Shown here: one piece after another, positions 27,198 through 32,000 of the stretch
Numbering within the stretch: position 1 is the stretch's first letter
How the letters are laid out: the number at the start of each line of letters is the position of its first letter
DNA from: Desulfocapsa sulfexigens DSM 10523
GTDB taxonomy: Bacteria; Desulfobacterota; Desulfobulbia; Desulfobulbales; Desulfocapsaceae
Assembly (NCBI RefSeq): GCF_000341395.1
Contig: NC_020304.1
Location: 2,670,001 to 2,702,000 of the forward strand
Reading direction: 5' to 3'
Length of the DNA: 32,000 bases
Program-made: the position numbers and the translations under genes
Notes under the pieces: model-generated
Seen by the model: the letters and a program-made list of their open reading frames with translations, nothing else
The model's database searches: none
What the model was told of the DNA's origin: nothing

Positions 27198-28148
27198 ATG
27201 GAAACAGTTATTGAGAATAGAGCGTCATTTGTTCTGTATAATGTGATACTTTCAAATATGTTACATAAAGGTATTATGTTACTTCCTGCAAATATTTGTC
27301 CTATCGTTCCTGCTACTTTATTCAAAACAAATACTAAGTTCGAATTTGTAGATATTAATGCTGAGACCCTGTTGGTTGACTGTGATTCAATTATCAGAAG
27401 AATTAGGAACTCAGGTGATGTGGCGTCAATATTGGTTAACAGTACCTTTGGGTTTGACAGTGATTTCGAAACATTCTTCAATGATGTCAAATCAATAAAC
27501 GAAGATATCTTAATTATAAATGATAAATGTTTGAATATTCCTAGTGTGGAATCTGTGGTTACGAGTGCTGATGTCGTTTTATTTAGCACAGGGTATTCAA
27601 AATATGTTGATTTTTCCGTGGGAGGGTACGCTTTTACTAAAAAAGAGGTGAATTATATTAGAGAAAGTATCCCCTATAGAGAAGAAGATCATGATGTTTT
27701 AGTAAGGTCATTTGAAAGTGCTTTAAACAAAAATTCTGTATATGGTTACTCAGATTCAGACTGGTTGGATGGAACATTTTTAGATCAGGGTAAAAAAGAA
27801 TATTTTAAGAATATTGTTGATCGAGTAGAGGAAATAGCCAGGCACAAAAAGATAATTAATAATATTTACAGAGAGAACCTAAAAACAGGAATTTCTCTGG
27901 GAAATGGATATAATGATTGGCGATATACTGTTGTAGTAAATAATAAAGAGGAAGTTTTGAATGAAATATTTAAAAATAATTTATTTGCTAGTTCTCATTA
28001 CCAATCATTAGTCGGAATTTTCGGGGGGGGCAAGGGAGTGAATGCAGAACAGTTGCATTGCAAGGTGATCAACCTTTTTAATGACTTCCGATTTTCTGAA
28101 GAACAGGCCTATTCTATCACAAAAATTATTAACAAATATGCGAAATAG
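27198..28148 (+). CDS. short, divergent DegT/DnrJ/EryC1-like (fold type I PLP) protein, function unknown
   Basis: It aligns by eye with PseC in this same window: LLPANICPIVPATLFKTNTKFEFVDIN vs SPVTFVASANCARFCGADIDFVDID; IINDKCLN vs IIEDACHA; VVLFSTGYSKYVDFSVGGYAF vs ITVFSFHPVKIITTAEGGMAL (Lys conserved). It lacks about 60 N-terminal residues relative to PseC. Confidence 0.45.
   Translation: METVIENRASFVLYNVILSNMLHKGIMLLPANICPIVPATLFKTNTKFEFVDINAETLLVDCDSIIRRIRNSGDVASILVNSTFGFDSDFETFFNDVKSINEDILIINDKCLNIPSVESVVTSADVVLFSTGYSKYVDFSVGGYAFTKKEVNYIRESIPYREEDHDVLVRSFESALNKNSVYGYSDSDWLDGTFLDQGKKEYFKNIVDRVEEIARHKKIINNIYRENLKTGISLGNGYNDWRYTVVVNNKEEVLNEIFKNNLFASSHYQSLVGIFGGGKGVNAEQLHCKVINLFNDFRFSEEQAYSITKIINKYAK
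28023..28030 (+). repeat. G8 homopolymer inside the DegT-like CDS (codons GGG GGG GGC = GGG)
   Basis: Read directly at 28023-28030, in a region of roughly 30-35% GC by spot count. Loss of one G gives TGA at 28039-28041. Gain of one G gives TAA about 50 nt downstream. Confidence 0.9.
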
Positions 28149-29292
28149 TCAAAAAAAAATAATGATCCTTGGTGCAGGTCAAATGCAGGTTCCTGTAATC
28201 AAAAAATGTAGTGATTTAAATATATTCACAATAGCAGTTGATTTTGATGAATATGCACCAGGATTTAAATATTCCGATAAAGGTCTTATTCTATCAACGC
28301 ATGACAAAGAAGAAATACTTAAACAGGCTAAAAAGAATAAGATTGATGGGATTTTGACGACTTCAGATTATCCTGTTAATAGTGTTGCATTTGTTTCGAA
28401 TCAATTGGGGCTCAGTGGTTTGAGTCAGGATGTTGCCACATTATCAACAAATAAGTTTTTATTGAGGGAAAAACTGAAAGAATGCAAACTGAATTGCCCC
28501 AAATATATAATCGCCTGTGACAATTCTGAACTTACTCAAGTTGATTTCTTTCCGGCCATCATCAAACCCATTGATTCTTCGGCAAGTCGTGGTGTTAAAA
28601 AAGTTAACACACCCGAAGAGCTTTATGAACAATTTGCAATCTCCAGAGAATTTTCAGTCAGTCAAAAAGTTATTGTAGAAGAATTCATCCATGGCAGAGA
28701 GTATAGTGTTGAAGCAATATCTCAGGGTGGCAAACATTACATAATATCAATAACAGGCAAGACAATAGTTGGTGAAGAGGATGGGTTTTTTGTTGAATTG
28801 GCTCATCAAATTCCTGCTAATCTTAGCGAAGAAGAAATAGAATTAGTCCATACTGAAACACTAGCTGCCTTAAATGCTATTGGGCTAGATGATTCAGCTT
28901 CTCATGCAGAAATTATTTTATCTGGAAAAAAAGCATATATAGTTGAAGTGGGTGCCAGGCTGGGAGGGGATTTTATTGGTTCAGATCTTGTTCCTCTCTC
29001 GTGCGGCGTGGATATGTTAGAAGATATCGTGAAGGTTTCGATTGGAGAAGAGATTAGTACTACAAAAGACAGGATGTGTTACTCGGGAATACACTTTATT
29101 ACCCCAGAAAATTATAAATCAGCAGCTGCGTTCATTCAAGAGAAGCAAGACATTATCGTGAAATATGAGATAAATAACTACCAAAACAAAAAAATTGAGA
29201 ATTCTTTGGACAGATTAGGATATATAATTGTAGTTACGGAGTCAAGAAAAGAACTAAATGATGCTTTTAGAAGCATAAATGATGATAATTAA
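28138..29292 (+). CDS. ATP-grasp family carboxylate-amine ligase
   Basis: KIMILGAGQMQVPVIKK (pre-ATP-grasp Rossmann-like domain), FPAIIKPIDSSASRGVKKV, VIVEEFIHGREYSVEAI and AYIVEVGARLGGD, the typical ATP-grasp B and C subdomain motifs. The ATG at 28138 overlaps the upstream stop by 11 nt; alternative starts are 28081 and 28162. Confidence 0.8.
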   Translation: MRNSQKKIMILGAGQMQVPVIKKCSDLNIFTIAVDFDEYAPGFKYSDKGLILSTHDKEEILKQAKKNKIDGILTTSDYPVNSVAFVSNQLGLSGLSQDVATLSTNKFLLREKLKECKLNCPKYIIACDNSELTQVDFFPAIIKPIDSSASRGVKKVNTPEELYEQFAISREFSVSQKVIVEEFIHGREYSVEAISQGGKHYIISITGKTIVGEEDGFFVELAHQIPANLSEEEIELVHTETLAALNAIGLDDSASHAEIILSGKKAYIVEVGARLGGDFIGSDLVPLSCGVDMLEDIVKVSIGEEISTTKDRMCYSGIHFITPENYKSAAAFIQEKQDIIVKYEINNYQNKKIENSLDRLGYIIVVTESRKELNDAFRSINDDN

Positions 29293-30331
29293 CAAAACTA
29301 AAATATCTGAAAATGATAAGACATATATAATTGCCGAGCTTTCCGCCAATCATGAGCAAAATTTTGATCTGGCTGTGAAAACCATTTCTGCAATGAAAGA
29401 TTCGGGTGCTGATGCTGTTAAATTACAGACATATACACCTGACGCAATAACTATTGATTCAGATCAACCCTGGTTTAAAACTAGAGAAGATAGTTTGTGG
29501 GCTGGTCAGAAAATGTATGATTTGTATAAAAAGGGCGAAACCCCCTGGGAATGGCATTCGCAGTTGCAGAAAGTTGCAGTTGAACTTGGAATGGATTTTT
29601 TCTCATCACCCTTTGATTTGAAATCAGTTGATTTGCTTGAATCTATAAATGTTCCAGCCTATAAGATAGCTTCTTTAGAAATTACTGATATCCCATTAAT
29701 CGAGAAGTGCGCAAAAACCTGCAAGCCAATAATACTTTCAACGGGGATTGCGCGGATTGAAGATATTGATCTAGCAATAAAGACGTGTATGGATGTCGGC
29801 AATGAAAACCTTGCCCTGCTTAAATGTACTTCCGCTTATCCGACTCCTTTTGAGGAAGTGAACTTACGACAGATTGATACATTAAAGAAAAAATATAATC
29901 TAATTGTGGGACTGTCTGATCATACTCTGGGAATAGAAGTTCCTATTGCTTCAGTAGCCTTGGGCGCGAGAATTATAGAAAAACATTTTATTTTGTCCCG
30001 AAAAGGAAATGGTATAGATAGGGATTTCTCTTTGGAACCTCATGAGTTTAAACAAATGGTTGAGGCAATAAGAAATGTTGAGAAAGCTATGGGGATTAAA
30101 GAATATACTGTGACCCCAAGAATGAAATTGGCTCAAAAATCCTGTCGATCGTTGTTTATCGTAGCAGATGTTGTAAAAGGAGATGTTTTAACAAGTACGA
30201 ATATGCGCTCAATTAGACCTGGTATTGGGTTGCATCCAAAACATTATAAAAATATTTTGGGAAAAAAAGTCAAACAAGATTTGATTCGGGGAACTCCACT
30301 TGAATTAAAACATGTTTGTTTTGAACGATGA
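29279..30331 (+). CDS. pseI: pseudaminic acid synthase, PseI (NeuB family)
   Basis: YIIAELSANHEQNFDLAVKTI (the ELSANH variant typical of PseI), GADAVKLQTY, YKIASLEITD, LSDHTLG, and a C-terminal SAF/antifreeze-like domain (RSLFIVADVVKGDVLT..NMRSIRPG). It overlaps the ATP-grasp stop by 14 nt. Confidence 0.9.
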   Translation: MMIINKTKISENDKTYIIAELSANHEQNFDLAVKTISAMKDSGADAVKLQTYTPDAITIDSDQPWFKTREDSLWAGQKMYDLYKKGETPWEWHSQLQKVAVELGMDFFSSPFDLKSVDLLESINVPAYKIASLEITDIPLIEKCAKTCKPIILSTGIARIEDIDLAIKTCMDVGNENLALLKCTSAYPTPFEEVNLRQIDTLKKKYNLIVGLSDHTLGIEVPIASVALGARIIEKHFILSRKGNGIDRDFSLEPHEFKQMVEAIRNVEKAMGIKEYTVTPRMKLAQKSCRSLFIVADVVKGDVLTSTNMRSIRPGIGLHPKHYKNILGKKVKQDLIRGTPLELKHVCFER

Positions 30332-30449
30332 CGCTGTGTAAAATGTAATTTATTGACTTGTTTCAACTACGCTTTCTTTTATTCTTCCCTCCCCCTTTCC
30401 AATGAACAAAAAAAACTACCTTTTCTATTCGCAAGTGAATGGCTGAATA

Positions 30450-32000
30450 ATGGAATATAGACGTGAAATAGATGGATTAAGGTCTGTTGCTGTGTTTCCT
30501 GTTATTTTGTTTCATGCAGGCTTTCAGTTGTTTGGCGGAGGATTTGTCGGCGTTGATGTTTTCTTCGTGATTAGCGGTTATTTGATTACCTCAATTATTA
30601 TTACCGAAAAAAAGAAGGGGACTTTTTCAACTATTAATTTTTATGAACGGCGGGCAAGGCGAATATTGCCAGCTCTGTTTGTCGTTATGCTGGCTTCTCT
30701 GATACCAGCGTGGTTTCTATTGACGCCAAAAGAAATGGAGGATTTTTCGAAGAGCTTGATCACAGTTCCATTGTTTGCATCCAATATATTGTTTTGGCAG
30801 GAGAGTGGCTATTTCGAATTAGCGAATGAATTGAAACCACTTTTACATACGTGGAGTTTAGCCGTTGAGGAACAATTTTACCTGCTTTATCCTCTTTTCC
30901 TGACATTGGTCTGGCGTTTAGGGAAGTATTGGTTATTTGGTTTTCTTTTTGTTATTTTAGTCATCAGTCTTGGGAGTGCCGAATGGGGCTTGATCCACGA
31001 TCCAGTTGGAGCTTTTTATTTGTTACCCACGAGAGGTTGGGAGCTTATAGTTGGTAGTTTGGCTGCCGTTTACACATTATATAAACAATCTCCCCCCAGT
31101 CAGACAGTATTGCGTGACCTAACAGGTGAACTCTTTGGAATAGTCGGTTTACTACTTATTAGCTATGCAATATTCACTTTTGATGAAACCGTTTCTTTTC
31201 CTGGTTTTAACGCAGCATTTCCTACTGTCGGGGCAGCATTAATTTTACTTTTTACTTCACAACGGACATGGGTTGGGAAACTGTTAGGCTCAAGGGTTCT
31301 TGTTGGATTAGGGCTGATTAGCTATAGTACATATTTATGGCACCAACCTTTGTTTGTCTTTGCTCGGTATTATTTTAGGTCAAAACCCAGTAATAACACA
31401 ATTTTCATTTTGATTTTATCTTCTGTTATCTTAGCATATTTAAGCTACCGGTATGTAGAGACACCGTTTAGAAAAAAAGACCTGATTAACCGCAATAAAA
31501 TTTTCTCATACTCAATTCTAGGCTCTATGTTTTTTGTCGTGTTGGGTGTTATTATTATGAATACTCAGGGCTTTAGTTCCCGTAAACCACAAAATATCCA
31601 ATGGGCTAGTCTTGGTGATAAAATTGATGTCGTCGGCAGAGTATGCGATATGCAGCCGGTTGATGATCATGAAAATATTAGATTGGGCTTTTTTGGAGAT
31701 TTGAGTGCTGATAGAACAGTAGGTTTATATGGAGATTCTCATGCATCAGCCCTCTCTTACCAATTGGATGACGAATTCAAGAAAAGAGGCATTAAGGGGG
31801 TCTATTTAGGCCTTGTCGGAAAGTGTCAAACCAATCCACTGTCTTCAGATAAAGGTATAAAAAAGGACACAATAAACTGCCAAAAGTCATTCAATTCTCT
31901 GTTAGACTATGTAGCGAATAATATTGATTCTATTATAGTTGTAAGCAGGTGGACTTTCAGACTCTATCCTGTGGCTGGAGCAATAGAGTCACTTGCTTTT
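30450..32000 (+). CDS. OafA/YrhL-type acyltransferase-3 with the beginning of a C-terminal SGNH domain; partial, continues past the right edge
   Basis: Absent from the ORF track because there is no stop in the window. My translation from ATG 30450 reads MEYRREIDGLRSVAVFPVILFHAGFQLFGGGFVGVDVFFVISGYLITSII...RRARRILPAL...HTWSLAVEEQFYLLYP...SYSTYLWHQPLF, then YGDSHASAL (SGNH block I). The frame is open for 517 codons to 32000. A TTGACT at 30353-30358 could be a -35 element. Confidence 0.85.
   Translation, partial: MEYRREIDGLRSVAVFPVILFHAGFQLFGGGFVGVDVFFVISGYLITSIIITEKKKGTFSTINFYERRARRILPALFVVMLASLIPAWFLLTPKEMEDFSKSLITVPLFASNILFWQESGYFELANELKPLLHTWSLAVEEQFYLLYPLFLTLVWRLGKYWLFGFLFVILVISLGSAEWGLIHDPVGAFYLLPTRGWELIVGSLAAVYTLYKQSPPSQTVLRDLTGELFGIVGLLLISYAIFTFDETVSFPGFNAAFPTVGAALILLFTSQRTWVGKLLGSRVLVGLGLISYSTYLWHQPLFVFARYYFRSKPSNNTIFILILSSVILAYLSYRYVETPFRKKDLINRNKIFSYSILGSMFFVVLGVIIMNTQGFSSRKPQNIQWASLGDKIDVVGRVCDMQPVDDHENIRLGFFGDLSADRTVGLYGDSHASALSYQLDDEFKKRGIKGVYLGLVGKCQTNPLSSDKGIKKDTINCQKSFNSLLDYVANNIDSIIVVSRWTFRLYPVAGAIESLAF

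Noticed and set aside
27122-27589. A 155-aa minus-strand ORF in the AT-rich pse block
   Set aside because: It is antisense to the tightly packed sulfotransferase-like and DegT-like genes. Stop codons are sparse by chance in this composition, and it has no motifs.

Overview
The window has two parts. Positions 1-6200 carry housekeeping genes: a partial ClC channel, a dGTPase-like HD hydrolase, a DtxR/MntR-type repressor, recN and a ThiI-like PP-loop enzyme. This part also holds a 72-codon SelW/Rdx-type selenoprotein gene that the ORF track misses, because it has an in-frame TGA (Sec) followed by a SECIS-like hairpin. From 6282 to the right edge (more than 25.7 kb) there are 20 co-directional plus-strand genes forming one surface-glycan locus. 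It encodes GDP-L-fucose synthesis (gmd, fcl), a fused oxidoreductase/N-acetyltransferase, and a Wzm/Wzt ABC exporter whose Wzt has a C-terminal glycan-binding-type domain. It also encodes GT2, GT4 and DUF354 proteins, a 991-aa GT-C-like membrane protein paired with a GtrB-like polyprenyl-phosphate glycosyltransferase, two acyltransferase-3 O-acylases, and wecB. The locus ends with a pseudaminic-acid (pse) operon. The most interesting feature is in that operon, whose gene order is pseB-pseC-(223-bp gap)-pseF-pseG-X-Y-Z-pseI. The position normally held by the PseH GNAT acetyltransferase is occupied by three genes: a sulfotransferase-like protein, a short divergent DegT-like PLP-fold protein (which carries a G8 tract) and an ATP-grasp ligase. 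This suggests a non-canonically N-acylated or otherwise decorated nonulosonic acid. Spot counts on single 60-nt lines suggest GC falls from about 50-55% (recN) to 43-45% (pseB/C) to 30-38% (pseG to pseI), which would fit a mosaic or horizontally acquired distal block. I saw no tRNA, rRNA, CRISPR array, transposase or integrase. The source organism is unknown; selenoprotein content and gene style are compatible with a Desulfobacterota-like bacterium, but that is only inference.
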